From an uncultured Nitrososphaerota archaeon (GTDB lineage Archaea > Thermoproteota > Nitrososphaeria > Conexivisphaerales > DTJL01), in contig CAWJIE010000005.1 of the NCBI GenBank assembly GCA_963842885.1, positions 288,001 through 352,000 on the forward strand: a DNA stretch of 64,000 bases, in the 5' to 3' direction. Shown here piece by piece: positions 38,460 through 48,984 of the stretch. Within the stretch, counting starts at the first letter, position 1. Every line of letters begins with the position of its first letter. Both the position numbers and the translations under genes were made by a program. The notes below the pieces were generated by a model, which did not search any database, had not been told where the DNA came from, and worked only from the letters and a program-made list of their open reading frames with translations.

Positions 38460-39472
38460 CTGATCGCCCTGACCGACTTCCTCTACGTAGCCGGCATCAT
38501 CTTCGTCGCCTATTCGTTCGACTTCTTCAACGGCTTCCATGACGCCGCCAACGCCATCTCGACGGTGGTCTCGACGAGGGTGCTCTCGCCACAGAGGGCA
38601 GTGCTCCTGGCCGCCTTCTTCAACTTCATCGCCTTCGTGGTGTTCGGCGTGGCCGTCGCCGGCTTCATAGGCTCAGGGATCGTCAACCCCCATTTCGTCG
38701 ACGCCAACGTCGTCCTCGGCGCGCTTAGTGGGCGCCATCTCCTGGGACATCATCACCTGGAGGCTGGGGCTGCCCACCAGCTCCTCTCACGCCCTGATAG
38801 GGGGTCTCGTCGGCGCCACCGTCACCAAGGTCAGGGTTCTCCGTCGTGGAGTGGGCGGGGCTGTCGAAGGTCGTCGCCTTCATGTTCATCTCCCCTCTCG
38901 TGGGTATGGCCGCCGCCTTCGGCCTCTCCATAGTCTTCATCAGGATCTTCTACAAGAGCACTTCAGCCACTATCAACCAGTACTTCCGCCGGCTTCAGCT
39001 GGTCTCCTCCAGCCTCCTCAGCCTGAGCCACGGTACCAACGACGCCCAGAAGACGATGGGGGTCGTGACGTTGCTGCTCTTCAGCGCGGGCTACGTCTCC
39101 TCCGCGGCTGTCCCCCCACTCTGGGTGGTCCTTGCCGCCCACTTCTCCATCGCCCTGGGCACGGCTCTCGGCGGCTGGAGGATCGTCAGGACCATGGGCA
39201 TGAGGATCACGAAGCTTCAGCCCTTCAACGGCTTCGCCGCAGAGACGGCCAGCGCAGCGACCATCATCACGGCCTCCTTCCTCGGCATACCCGTGAGCAC
39301 CACCCATGTGGTCTCCGGCGCGATAATGGGTGTAGGGGCGACCCGCAGGCTGTCCGCGGTGAGATGGGGCATCGCCAGGAGGATCGTCTTGGCTTGGTTC
39401 GTGACCATCCCGGCCTCAGCGGCGGTCGCATCCGTCTCCTATTTCGTGATCTCTTCCTTCGTCCACCTATGA
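38460..39472 (+). CDS. pit: Inorganic phosphate transporter, PiT family (frameshifted)
   Basis: NGFHDAANA, GLPTSSSHA, HGTNDAQK, PVSTTH. Confidence 0.9.
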
Positions 39473-40136
39473 GCGTCTGAGATGCTCAAGGAGCTCCTCG
39501 AGGTTCTCAAGGTTGGGCATCCCCAGCTCCTCTGCCAGCTGACGGTTCCCCACGACGAAACCCCTCCCGGCGGCCCTGAGGAACGAGGAGTCGTACCTGC
39601 TGTCTCCCACACAGACCGTGTCCTGGAGCTTCACGCCCATCCTCTTGGCAAGGCCGGCCAGGACGAGGTCCTTTCGAAGGGGCTCGACTAGGGGGTAGAG
39701 CTTGCCGTTGAAGTTGCCTGCCCTGTCGAAACCTATCCTGTTGGCCATCACGTACTTGATCCTCAGCTTCCTCGCGACGGCCTTCGCCATGAGGTCCAGG
39801 GCCGAGGTTACGATGGCGATTTCGTAGCCGAGAAGCCGTAGGTCGTCCACCACGCCCGGGGCCTCAGGCCTCATGGTGTACCCTCCCAACACGTCGAGGA
39901 GCTCCTCCCTCTTCAACGGCCTGGGCCACGCCGAAAGGTCCCTTTTCATGAACTGGACGTAGCTGATAGTGTAGCCGGAGTAGTCCCTGTGAGCCTGCTC
40001 GGCCGCCCTCAGCGGTCCCGAAGTGCTCGTGGAGCATCTCCCAGCTGGGGGTCCCGGTCAGCAGGGTGCCGTCGAGGTCGAAGGCCACGAGCCTCCTGAC
40101 CTTGGTGAACCTTCCTTCACGCTCCTTGACCCGCAC
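39467..40136 (-). CDS. HAD hydrolase, phosphoserine phosphatase-like (frameshift near 39995)
   Basis: FDLDGTL, IVTS, VGDSRYD. Confidence 0.8.
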
Positions 40137-40237
40137 GTCGAAGAAGTCCGATTACACGCATATATATTGTAGCCGGGGTGAGTTGGGGCAAGGACTTCGC
40201 GATGCAGGACGGAGACTTCCCGAGGGTGTAGCCTGAC

Positions 40238-41224
40238 TTGAAGGTGAGTTACGTCACGCTCGCTGCCATCGTCCTGAGCGTAATCATCCTCGTCATCATC
40301 ACTTCGGTCAGCGGCATCAACCCCGCCGTCATCCTCACCCTCGGGCCCCTGTTCCTGCTCGGGGCCATCGCCTCGGTCCTGCTGAGGCTCCTGTTCCAGG
40401 GGCTGCGCTTCAACTACATCCTCAGGTCCTTCAGCGAACGGAGGTACGGCTTCCTCGAGAGCGTGGCGGTGCGTATCGGAAGCGAGTTCGTGGCCCAGAC
40501 CAGCGCCGCCTACGTCGGGGGAGAGGTGGCCCGGGCGGCTTGGATGGCCAAGAACGGGGAGGCATCGGGGAAGGCCCTCTGGCTCCCCTACATCGAAATC
40601 GTCTTCGATGTGTTCGCCGGGAACTGCATCGGCGTTGTCGCCGGTGTGATTGCCATCCTATCCGGCGACTCCTTCCTGGGTGGCGTCGTCCTCGTCCTGT
40701 CGCTCTTCATACTCTCCTTAGTCACCTCCGTGGTGCTGCTTTCAAGGAAGAGGTTCATTCACATGCCCTCGTTAGCGATGACACCCCTAAGATGGGTGGT
40801 GGGGGAGCGCCGAGCCACAGGCCTGTTCGAGAAGGGGAACGCCTTCATGGCGGAGTTCTGTGAGGCGGCCACCCATACGTTCACACGCAGGAACTCGGTC
40901 AAACTCCTAGTCATCGGCGCGTGTACGGCCGTGATGGTGCTGCTGACCGTGTCGACTCTATGGTTGGTGGCGCTCGGACTGGGCCTGCCCCTGTCGTTCG
41001 TCGACTGCGCGCCGCTCGTCTACACCTCCATCGTCCTCGGCAACCTTCCGATAACGCTCGGCGGCTCCGGTGTGGCCGAGGCGGGCATCTACTTCTATGC
41101 TTCAGCGGTCTTCAACGTGAGCTCGTGGCCCATGGTCTTCGCCTGGCGCATCTTGAGCTACCATTTCGTGCTCCTCATCACGGGGATCCCGGCCTTCGTG
41201 ATACTCCGCAGGTACACCAAGTGA
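40238..41224 (+). CDS. Lysylphosphatidylglycerol synthase TM/flippase-like membrane protein (UPF0104)
   Basis: 'GGEVARA', 'LPITLGGSGVAE', 'WRILSY'. Confidence 0.8.
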   Translation: MKVSYVTLAAIVLSVIILVIITSVSGINPAVILTLGPLFLLGAIASVLLRLLFQGLRFNYILRSFSERRYGFLESVAVRIGSEFVAQTSAAYVGGEVARAAWMAKNGEASGKALWLPYIEIVFDVFAGNCIGVVAGVIAILSGDSFLGGVVLVLSLFILSLVTSVVLLSRKRFIHMPSLAMTPLRWVVGERRATGLFEKGNAFMAEFCEAATHTFTRRNSVKLLVIGACTAVMVLLTVSTLWLVALGLGLPLSFVDCAPLVYTSIVLGNLPITLGGSGVAEAGIYFYASAVFNVSSWPMVFAWRILSYHFVLLITGIPAFVILRRYTK

Positions 41225-41228
41225 GCTT

Positions 41229-41537
41229 CTAGGCTCCCGGCACTGCACCCTCTTTCCGCTTGGGCAGATTGATGAGGTAGAGGGCGCCATATGCTAGGCA
41301 GACCCACACGAGGAAGTCCACGATCAGGTAGAAGGCGTTGACCTTGAAGAAGCTCGAGGGGCCCACCGGCGACGCCACCTCGAAGAGGACGAACTGAAGG
41401 GGAAGGCCTGCCCCCTTCTCCGAGTAGGTGATGGGGCCCCGAGAGTTGGAGGTGACCCATTGATAGCTGAACGAAACGCTCAGGCTCAGAAGCAGGATGA
41501 CTGCCCCCGCGGCAATCGCGATAGTGCTTCTCTGCAT
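41229..41537 (-). CDS. Small membrane protein
   Basis: Two TM segments flanking 'GAGLPL'. Confidence 0.6.
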   Translation of the reverse strand: MQRSTIAIAAGAVILLLSLSVSFSYQWVTSNSRGPITYSEKGAGLPLQFVLFEVASPVGPSSFFKVNAFYLIVDFLVWVCLAYGALYLINLPKRKEGAVPGA

Positions 41538-41565
41538 CCCAAGGTCTCTCCTGGAGGGGCTCCCG

Positions 41566-42246
41566 TCAGGAGACCACGCGGAAGCCGGGTTCTTTAATAT
41601 TGTTTCTCACAGATATATTCAGCAGCAGCGGGGTCAGAGCCTCAAGTGAGGCCGACACGGTCAACGGACCTGCGAAGAGCGGGCGGAGGCCGTCCACTCC
41701 CTCTAGCACCTGTGCCGCCGTGGCAACCGAATCCTTCGGCCCAGCGAGGGGCACGTCGAAGCCGAGGGGATCGCCCAGGTCGGCCAGCCTCCCAGCTGGA
41801 ACGCAGTGAAGTCCTGACACGACACGGGCCCCTGCGCCGAGGGTCTCCTGGACGAGCTCCGCGGCCGAAGCCGTCCGCCCTCCCACCAGAAACGGCCTGT
41901 AGGTGAAAGCCCCTCCCTCCCTGACGAACCTCGTCACCGGCGAGAGGACAAGCTGTCCCTTCCAGGCGTAGCCCTTGGCGGTTTCGAGGAAGCCTTCGAG
42001 GGTGTCGGCAGGGACGGCCAGCACGACTAAATCGGACTGTCCGACCGTCTCGGAGTTGGACGCCCCAGATACGCTCCCGGCGGCCATGCCCCCGAACCGT
42101 GCCTGGACCATCTGCTCCAGTTCCTTCGCCACCGACTTCGCCCTTTCTTCGTCCCTGGAGCCGACGATCACTTCATTGCGACGGGCCAGGCGTAAGGCCA
42201 GACCGCCGCCCAGGCCACCGCTTCCACCGATGATCCCGACCTTCAA
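41566..42246 (-). CDS. npdG: NADPH-dependent F420 reductase
   Basis: KVGIIGGSGGLGGGLALRLA, VGSRDEERA, LEALTPLLLNI; TTG start at 42246. Confidence 0.8.
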   Translation of the reverse strand: MKVGIIGGSGGLGGGLALRLARRNEVIVGSRDEERAKSVAKELEQMVQARFGGMAAGSVSGASNSETVGQSDLVVLAVPADTLEGFLETAKGYAWKGQLVLSPVTRFVREGGAFTYRPFLVGGRTASAAELVQETLGAGARVVSGLHCVPAGRLADLGDPLGFDVPLAGPKDSVATAAQVLEGVDGLRPLFAGPLTVSASLEALTPLLLNISVRNNIKEPGFRVVS

Positions 42247-42312
42247 CGCGTCTTCCCTCAGGCTGGCTGGCGATTTAAGCCTTGGACGATTTCTCCTCTG
42301 GAAAGTTGTCGG

Positions 42313-43559
42313 TTGATGTAGGCCCTTAATAGTGATTCCGAACTGCATCCTTGATTTGCTGGCCAGGAAGGCGGTGAGGCAGTCGTATTCTCCGTCTGCG
42401 GAGGTCCTAGGCCTTATGTGGTCGTTCAAGGAGATGACGAACGAATGCATCCGCATAGGTTTGGCCAGCCATGCTTCGACTCTCAGGCGCCTGGACTTCC
42501 TCTGTTATCGCAACCTCGCAAGGTTTCGCGTCCCATCATACTACAAGCTTTGCGCAATCTCAAAGGCCGCAGGCATACTGGCATCAAGGAAGAAGTCCAT
42601 CAGGAGGGGATACCCGACAAAAACGCTATACCTGAAAGAGCCGATGTTGACTTCTTGCTATGGCTTCAAGGTCACCGTTGCCGCTCTCAGCATACCCATT
42701 GGGGTTCGCCAGCACGAGGAGATACCACTGAACAGACACACATTGGGTGTACTGTCCGACTCGACGCTGAAAGCGAACTCCTTCACGCTGACTGAGACGT
42801 CTCTGTCAGTCTCTTACTCAAAAGAGGTGGAGAAGGTTGAGGGCCTAGCTGGAGCCGTCGGGGTGGATAGGAACCTGCGCAACCTTACGGTAGGCGACGA
42901 AAGGAAGGTGACCTATTATGGCATGGCGAAGGTCGTGGACATTGGGGAAACCACGAAGAGCGTGGTCAGGTCGTTCAAGAGGGACGATGTTAGGATACGA
43001 AAGAGAATCGCTTCGAAGTACGGGAGGAGGAGGCACTACCGCATCGAGAGCTTCCTTCACAAAGTCTCCAAGATGGTCGTAGCCGATGCTGTGAAGGAAA
43101 GGCAAGCCATAGCCTTAGAAGACATCGGACACATCAGGAGGCTATACCAGAAGGGGAACTGGCAAGGAAAAAGCTACAGGGGGATGATGAACAGCTGGCC
43201 CTACGCCGAGATCAAGAGGCAAATCGAGTACAAGGCGACATGGGCTGGCATACCGGTGATTCATCTGACTAAAGCCGAGACCAGAGGGACGTCGTCGAGC
43301 TGCTACCGATGCGGGGAGAGACTCCAAGGGGCAGCGAAGGAGGGCGTCCAGCATACAAGGCAGCTCTGGTGTCCGAAGTGCGGGATGTGGTTCGACCGCG
43401 ACTTGGTCGCCGTATTGAACATCTAGTATAAAGGGCGGGTGAGGTTCGCCCATTCAAAAGGCGAGGCAGCTGAAGCGATGAGGGGGAACCAGACGATGCC
43501 TGCAATCCTCAGAGTCGATGCCTCGAAGGGAAGCGCCAGACGATAACGTCCCAGAACCC
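42313..43559 (+). mobile_element. Solo tnpB element 2
   Basis: GGTTGATG left motif; right end CAGAACCC. Confidence 0.7.
42356..43426 (+). CDS. tnpB: RNA-guided endonuclease TnpB
   Basis: GVDRN / LEDIG / DRDLVA; CYRCG..CPKC. Confidence 0.9.
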   Translation: MLARKAVRQSYSPSAEVLGLMWSFKEMTNECIRIGLASHASTLRRLDFLCYRNLARFRVPSYYKLCAISKAAGILASRKKSIRRGYPTKTLYLKEPMLTSCYGFKVTVAALSIPIGVRQHEEIPLNRHTLGVLSDSTLKANSFTLTETSLSVSYSKEVEKVEGLAGAVGVDRNLRNLTVGDERKVTYYGMAKVVDIGETTKSVVRSFKRDDVRIRKRIASKYGRRRHYRIESFLHKVSKMVVADAVKERQAIALEDIGHIRRLYQKGNWQGKSYRGMMNSWPYAEIKRQIEYKATWAGIPVIHLTKAETRGTSSSCYRCGERLQGAAKEGVQHTRQLWCPKCGMWFDRDLVAVLNI

Positions 43560-43579
43560 GGAAACCTATTATAGCGAGA
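43430..43579 (+). ncRNA. Putative TnpB reRNA 2
   Basis: Nearly identical to the element 3 scaffold and lies outside the ORF here. Confidence 0.6.
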
Positions 43580-43604
43580 GGGCTCGTCCATTTCGTGCTG
43601 ACCC

Positions 43605-44459
43605 TTGCCAAGAGATGAGCTCACGGTGGGCGTGCACGTCAGTGCCAGCGGCTCCCTCGACCTGGCCGTCGACAGGGCGGTCCAGCTGGGCTGCGGCGCC
43701 TTCCAGATGTTCACAAGGAACCCCCAGGGCTGGAAGTTCGGCCCCATCAAGGAAGACGTCGCCGCGTCGTTCAAGGAGAAGATGAAGAGGTCAGGGATCA
43801 AGGAGGCCGTATCCCACATGCCCTACCTCCCCAACCTTGCCACGCCCGACCCCCTGACATTCGGGAAGTCCCAGGAGGCCCTGAATGAGGAGCTGCGCAG
43901 GGCTTCGCTCCTCGGCCTGTCGGCCGTGGTGATGCACCTCGGCAGCCATCTGGGGAAGGGGAAGACCTACGGCCAGGGAAGGGTGGCTTTGGCCATCATC
44001 CATTCCTATTCGGAGACGGGGGCCAAGGTTCCGATACTGCTTGAGAACACCGCGGGCCAGAAGAACAGCGTTGGCTCTGGCTTCGACGACCTGAGGAGGA
44101 TACTCGAGCTCGTCGGGGACTCGAAGGGCGTCGGTGTGTGCCTGGACACGTGCCATCTGTACGCGGCCGGCTACGACTTGACTTCCCCCAGCTCGGTGGA
44201 GGACACCCTCTCGAAGTTCGATGAAACGGTGGGGCTCCAGGCCCTTAAGCTGATCCACCTCAACGACTCCAAGGGCGGGCTGGGCTGTCATCTCGATCGG
44301 CATGAGAACATCGGAAAGGGCCAAATCGGGTCGGCCGGCTTCAGGGCGTTCCTTCACAACGAGAAAGTCCGCCATCTCCCCATGATTCTCGAGACGCCCG
44401 TGGCTGAGGATGGAGACTGGGGGAAGGACCTGGTCGTCGTCAGGAAGCTCTTCAAGTGA
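43605..44459 (+). CDS. nfo: Endonuclease IV
   Basis: HMPYLPNL, LLENTAG, CLDTCH, HLNDSK, DRHENIG, ILETP. Confidence 0.95.
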   Translation: MPRDELTVGVHVSASGSLDLAVDRAVQLGCGAFQMFTRNPQGWKFGPIKEDVAASFKEKMKRSGIKEAVSHMPYLPNLATPDPLTFGKSQEALNEELRRASLLGLSAVVMHLGSHLGKGKTYGQGRVALAIIHSYSETGAKVPILLENTAGQKNSVGSGFDDLRRILELVGDSKGVGVCLDTCHLYAAGYDLTSPSSVEDTLSKFDETVGLQALKLIHLNDSKGGLGCHLDRHENIGKGQIGSAGFRAFLHNEKVRHLPMILETPVAEDGDWGKDLVVVRKLFK

Positions 44460-44633
44460 CCCATAGGACTTCCTCCTGATCGGATATTATAGGAAAGGGC
44501 TGTGCCGGGCTTATGAGCTTTCATCGATTCGCGATGAGGGGCTTCATGCGCAACGATTCTAGCTTACGACCGTAGCCCCAACCTATTTGCCGAAGTCCGG
44601 AGCAGATGTGCTGCCCTCAGAGCGGCTTCTCGA

Positions 44634-45497
44634 CTACCTTTCGGGAACGAGCTCTCTGATCTGGACCACGTTGACGGCCGGCCTCTTCTTCTTCAGCGTC
44701 CCAGCCTTCCATATGGCCAGCGCCTTGAGCTGCTGTATGGCGAAGGCGGGGTCCACCCCCTTCGGGCAGACGTCGCTGCAGCTGCCGGCGAAGTGGCAGT
44801 TCCAGAGGCCATGGCTGCTGTCCAGTACCTCCATCCTCTTTGCATGAGCTCCGTCCCTGGTGTCCGCGATGTACCTGTACGCCTGCCCCATGGCCATGGG
44901 GCCCAGGAAGGACTTGTCCATGGCGTTGGTGGGACACGCGGAGTAGCAGAGGCCGCATTTGATGCAGTTGGAGAACATGAGGAAGTCGATCACCTGGTCG
45001 GGCGTCTGCATGTACTCCCTGTTCAGGTTCAGGTCGACGTCCTCCCTGACGATGTAGGGAAGTATCGAACGGTGCTTGTCGAAGAAGACGGAGAAGTCGG
45101 GGACGAGGTCCCTAGTGACGGGCATGTTGTTCATGGGCCTCACCACGATAGTGTCCTTCTCCAGGTTCTCCACCTGGGTCTTGCAGGCAAGCATCTCCTT
45201 GCCGTTGATCACCATGCCGCAGGAGCCGCAGACGGCCATCCTGCAGGAATAGCGTATGGAGAGCGACGGGTCCAGCTTCTCCTTGATGTAGAGGAGGGAG
45301 TCGAGCACGGTCGTTCCCTTGAACACGGGGACCTCGTACATGGAGTACCTTACACCTTCGCCCTTCGCTGGGTCGTATCTGAAGACGCGGAAGTTCACCT
45401 TCTTGATGGGCTTGCCCAGGCCCTCCATGACCTTGGGGTCGAAGTGAAGGGGAACTATGGGGACATTGGACTTGTCTTGGGACATCAGTGGAGCCAC
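44634..45497 (-). CDS. sdhB: Succinate dehydrogenase/fumarate reductase Fe-S subunit
   Basis: SCRMAVCGSC, CIKCGLCYSACP, CHFAGSCSDVCPKG. Confidence 0.95.
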   Translation of the reverse strand: MAPLMSQDKSNVPIVPLHFDPKVMEGLGKPIKKVNFRVFRYDPAKGEGVRYSMYEVPVFKGTTVLDSLLYIKEKLDPSLSIRYSCRMAVCGSCGMVINGKEMLACKTQVENLEKDTIVVRPMNNMPVTRDLVPDFSVFFDKHRSILPYIVREDVDLNLNREYMQTPDQVIDFLMFSNCIKCGLCYSACPTNAMDKSFLGPMAMGQAYRYIADTRDGAHAKRMEVLDSSHGLWNCHFAGSCSDVCPKGVDPAFAIQQLKALAIWKAGTLKKKRPAVNVVQIRELVPER

Positions 45498-45835
45498 TCC
45501 AGGAAGATCAGTATGGTGCGTGTGCCCCAGACGAAGGTCGCCGCGCCTCCGAGCAGCATGAGCCAGGAGACGGCGGTCTCGTAGGTCTTCCCCTGGTACA
45601 GCTCAATGAGCACCTTCCTGAAGCCGTTGAAGACGTGGAAGGAGAGGAGCACGAGGAAGAGCTCGAAGAACAGTGCGCCCGCAAGGTAAGCGGACTTGAC
45701 GGTGTTGAACTCCAAGGCGGTGGGTAGGCCTCCCGCAGACAGCGTAAGGCCCGCAAAGTGCAACGCCCCAAGGACGAGGATGCATGCGCCCGTTATGTAC
45801 TGCAGGAGCATGAACGTTGATTCTCTCAAGCTCAC
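45485..45835 (-). CDS. sdhD: Succinate dehydrogenase membrane anchor
   Basis: Three TM helices, QYITG, FHVFNGFR. Confidence 0.8.
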   Translation of the reverse strand: MSLRESTFMLLQYITGACILVLGALHFAGLTLSAGGLPTALEFNTVKSAYLAGALFFELFLVLLSFHVFNGFRKVLIELYQGKTYETAVSWLMLLGGAATFVWGTRTILIFLEWLH

Positions 45836-46332
45836 ACCCCCAAGGCGACCACGAAGAGCTGATAGAAGGCGAAGGCCATCAGCACGAAGGAGGCGATGAC
45901 GATAGCTATCCCTATCTGCTTCTGGCTACCTCTGAGGCTGCTGGGCAGGAAGGGATACGTAGGCCTCTCCACCTTGCCGATGAGCCAGCCCTGCTCGGAC
46001 ATTACCAGCCGTACACCGTTCATACTGTGAAAGACGGCCGCCGCGGCCACCAGGAGGAGGCCGGTGTGGAAGGCGTAGTTGGTGAGGAAGCTCATCAGGC
46101 TGGTCCAGACTACCGGCTTGAGCCCCTGCTCCACGTCCAGGAAGGCCTGGGCGGCATTGCTCGTCTCCCAGATATGCATCACGAAATAGATCCCCACGCC
46201 CACGCCCGTGATCCTGTGCATGGCGTAGAGCCACCTCTCGAAGTTGCGGTTCCAGAACTTTATCCATCCACGGTATAATCCGGCGTTGTTCTTCTTCTCC
46301 ATCACGGAGTCCTGCTCCATCATCCTCACCAT
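45832..46332 (-). CDS. sdhC: Succinate dehydrogenase cytochrome b subunit
   Basis: HRITG, FHSMNGVR. Confidence 0.85.
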   Translation of the reverse strand: MVRMMEQDSVMEKKNNAGLYRGWIKFWNRNFERWLYAMHRITGVGVGIYFVMHIWETSNAAQAFLDVEQGLKPVVWTSLMSFLTNYAFHTGLLLVAAAAVFHSMNGVRLVMSEQGWLIGKVERPTYPFLPSSLRGSQKQIGIAIVIASFVLMAFAFYQLFVVALGV

Positions 46333-46333
46333 C

Positions 46334-48050
46334 TCAATACTTCCTCTCCATGGGAGCCCACTTAGTGATCACCACGGGCTTGTACTCGACCCTGGGGCCT
46401 TCTGGCGTGTAGTAGACCATCGAATGCTTGAGGAAGTTCACGTCGTCTCTCTTCGGGTAGTCCTTCCTCGCATGGCCTCCCCTCGACTCCTTCCTCAGGA
46501 GGGCGGAGGTGACCAGGGCGTCCGCGACGTCCAGGAGGTTCCCCACCTCCAGGGTGCCCGTGAGGTTGGTGTTGAAGTTCTTCGACTTGTCCTCAACCCT
46601 CACCCTGGCGTACCTTCCGCGAAGCTCCTTGACCTTCTTCAGCGCCTCGGTCAGGCCCTGCTCGGTCCTGTAGACGTAGACGTTGTTGTCCATGGCGGCC
46701 CAAAGCTCCTTCTTGATGGCGTAGGGGTCCTCGCCCTGCTCCCTTCCGAGGAGATCGACGAAGATGCGGTTCTCCTCGGCCTCCATTCTGGAGGCCGGCA
46801 GGCCGGGCGCCGACGCCCCCTCCATGATGTACTTTGCGGCCTTCTCGCCGGTCAGCCTGCCATACACGAGGCAGGCAGTGGTGGAGTTCGCGCCCAGGCG
46901 GTTCGCACCGTGGACGCTGACGCAGGCGCATTCGCCGGCGGCCCAGAGCCCCTTCGCTGTGGTCTCGCCGTTGATGTCCACGTCTATGCCTCCCATGCTG
47001 TAGTGCGCGACCGGCCGGATAGGGAGTGGCGCCTCGAGCGGGTCGATGCCGACGAAGTTGTGCCCGAGCTCGATCATCATGGGGAGCTTCTCCTTGACCT
47101 TCTCCGCCCCTATGGGGCTGAAGTCCAGGAGGACGTAGTCCAGGCCGTTGGGGCCCTTGAAGCCCCTCCCCTGCTCGATCTCCGTGACGATCGACCTCGA
47201 AATCAGGTCGCGGGGTGCCAGCTCCAGCTTCTCTGGGGCGTACCTCTTCATGAAACGCTCGCCCTTGCTGTTGACCAGGATTCCCCCTTCTCCCCTGACG
47301 GCCTCGGTGATCAGTATCCCGGAGGGGACGAGCCCCGTGGGATGGAACTGGACGAACTCGACGTCCTTCAGGGCGATGCCGGCCCGGTAAAGCGCGCCCG
47401 CGCCGTCGCCCGTGACGCTGTGGCTGTACGTAGTGAAGCCGAAGAGGCGCCCCAGCCCACCCGTGGCTACTATCACCGCCTTGGCGGCGAAGCCCACCAG
47501 CTCCCCCGACTTCATGTTGATGGCCGTGATGCCCCTGCAGACCCCGCCCTCCAGGACGAGGGAGGTGAGGAACCACTCCTCGTAGAAGTGGACGGAGGTG
47601 TACTTGAGAAGCGTGTCGTAGAGGGTCTGCATCTCATAGAAGCCGGTCTTGTCCGCGGCATACGTGGCCCTGGGGAAGCTGTGCCCTCCGAAGGGCCTCT
47701 GGGCGATCCTGCCGTCGGGCCTCCTGCTCCAGGGCATCCCCCAGTGCTCAAGCCTCAGTATCTCCTCGGGGGCGAGCTTGACGAATGACTCCACTACGTC
47801 CTGGTCGGCCAGGTAATCCGCGCCCTTGACCGTGTCGAATGCGTGAAGCTCGACGCTGTCATTCTCGTCTGTGTAGAGGACGGCGGCCGTCCCTCCCTCG
47901 GCGGCGACGCTGTGCGCCCTCATGAGATGGACCTTGGAAACTATGGCGATGTCGAGCTTGCCGTTGCTGACGATGGCCGCCTGGATCGCCGCCCTCAGGC
48001 CCGCCAGCCCGGCGCCCACGATAACCAGATCATGGCTGACAGTGTGCGTC
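46334..48050 (-). CDS. sdhA: Succinate dehydrogenase flavoprotein (start uncertain)
   Basis: GAGLAG, HSVAAEGG, QFHPTG, HYSMGG, HGANRLG. Confidence 0.95.
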
Positions 48051-48266
48051 TAGATCACCGTTACGGGAATTTGGAGGTTCTTGAGGTATAAAAAAGTTGG
48101 CGTCGGACGATTCTTGCCTCAGACGAGTCGTTTCCTACTTTTATTTCATGCACTGCCCCCTCCGGCTGATGGTTCGGCAGGAAAGCCAGGCTTCTACTCG
48201 CAGAAACGCCCCTATCTTGTGCTAGGTGAAAGAGACAGACAAAACGAAAGGGCTCTTAGAAGCCGC

Positions 48267-48425
48267 TCAGCCGATGATGTAGACAACAGTGACCTGTGCT
48301 GTTTCCGTCGCTGGGCCTGCATTGAACTGCGGCGTCTTGGTTCCGCCCGACATTACGGCCAGGGACGCCGTGATGGCGAGGGCTATCACGAGAAGAGACA
48401 GCACCTTGTACCTTTCCTGCGGCAT
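48267..48425 (-). CDS. Small secreted/membrane peptide (52 aa)
   Basis: MPQERYKVLSLLVIALAITASLAVMSGGTKTPQFNAGPATETAQVTVVYIIG; GGTGA RBS upstream; not in the ORF track. Confidence 0.55.
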   Translation of the reverse strand: MPQERYKVLSLLVIALAITASLAVMSGGTKTPQFNAGPATETAQVTVVYIIG

Positions 48426-48463
48426 TACACTTCTTCACCTACCACCACTGCCGGGAGGAGGGA

Positions 48464-48475
48464 GTTAGCGCTAAC
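48464..48475. promoter_or_regulatory. Perfect palindrome, candidate operator
   Basis: GTTAGCGCTAAC in a divergent intergenic region. Confidence 0.45.
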
Positions 48476-48566
48476 CAATGAAACGGAACCTTCCACCCCG
48501 TTCTACCCTCCCGAACGCCCCCCGGCGGCAAAGCTTTAATCGCCATCTGGCCTCAACAGGCTCGTC

Positions 48567-48984
48567 TTGAAGCGCGACGACCGGCTCTCCGCCTCCACCG
48601 TGAAGGTCTACGTCTTCCTTCTCAGGAAGGGGGAGAGCGCGGGCGTCCGCGAGGTGCAGAGGGCCATGGGTTTCAAGAGCCCCAGCGTGGCCTATTATCA
48701 CCTGAACAAGCTCATCGAGATGGAGCTGGTGAAGCAGGACCAGTACGGCGCCTACGTGGCTGAGAGGAAGGTGGACGCCAGCGCCCTCGGCCCCTTCCTG
48801 CTCCTCGGCTCGGTCATCGTGCCCCGCTTCGTCTTCTACGCCGCCTTCTTCTCGACGTTCCTCGCGCGGCTACCTCCTGGTGTACCGCCTCAATTCCAGC
48901 GTCGAGCTGATCGCCGTGGCGGCCCTGGCTGCCGCCTTCTTCTGGGTCGAGGCGCTGCTTGCTTGGCGGAGGAGGTCCTTCTAG
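48567..48984 (+). CDS. Membrane-anchored winged-helix transcription regulator (frameshift near 48866)
   Basis: 'GVREVQRAMGFKSPSVAYYHLNKL' HTH followed by 'PRFVFYAAFF' and a second TM helix. Confidence 0.8.
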
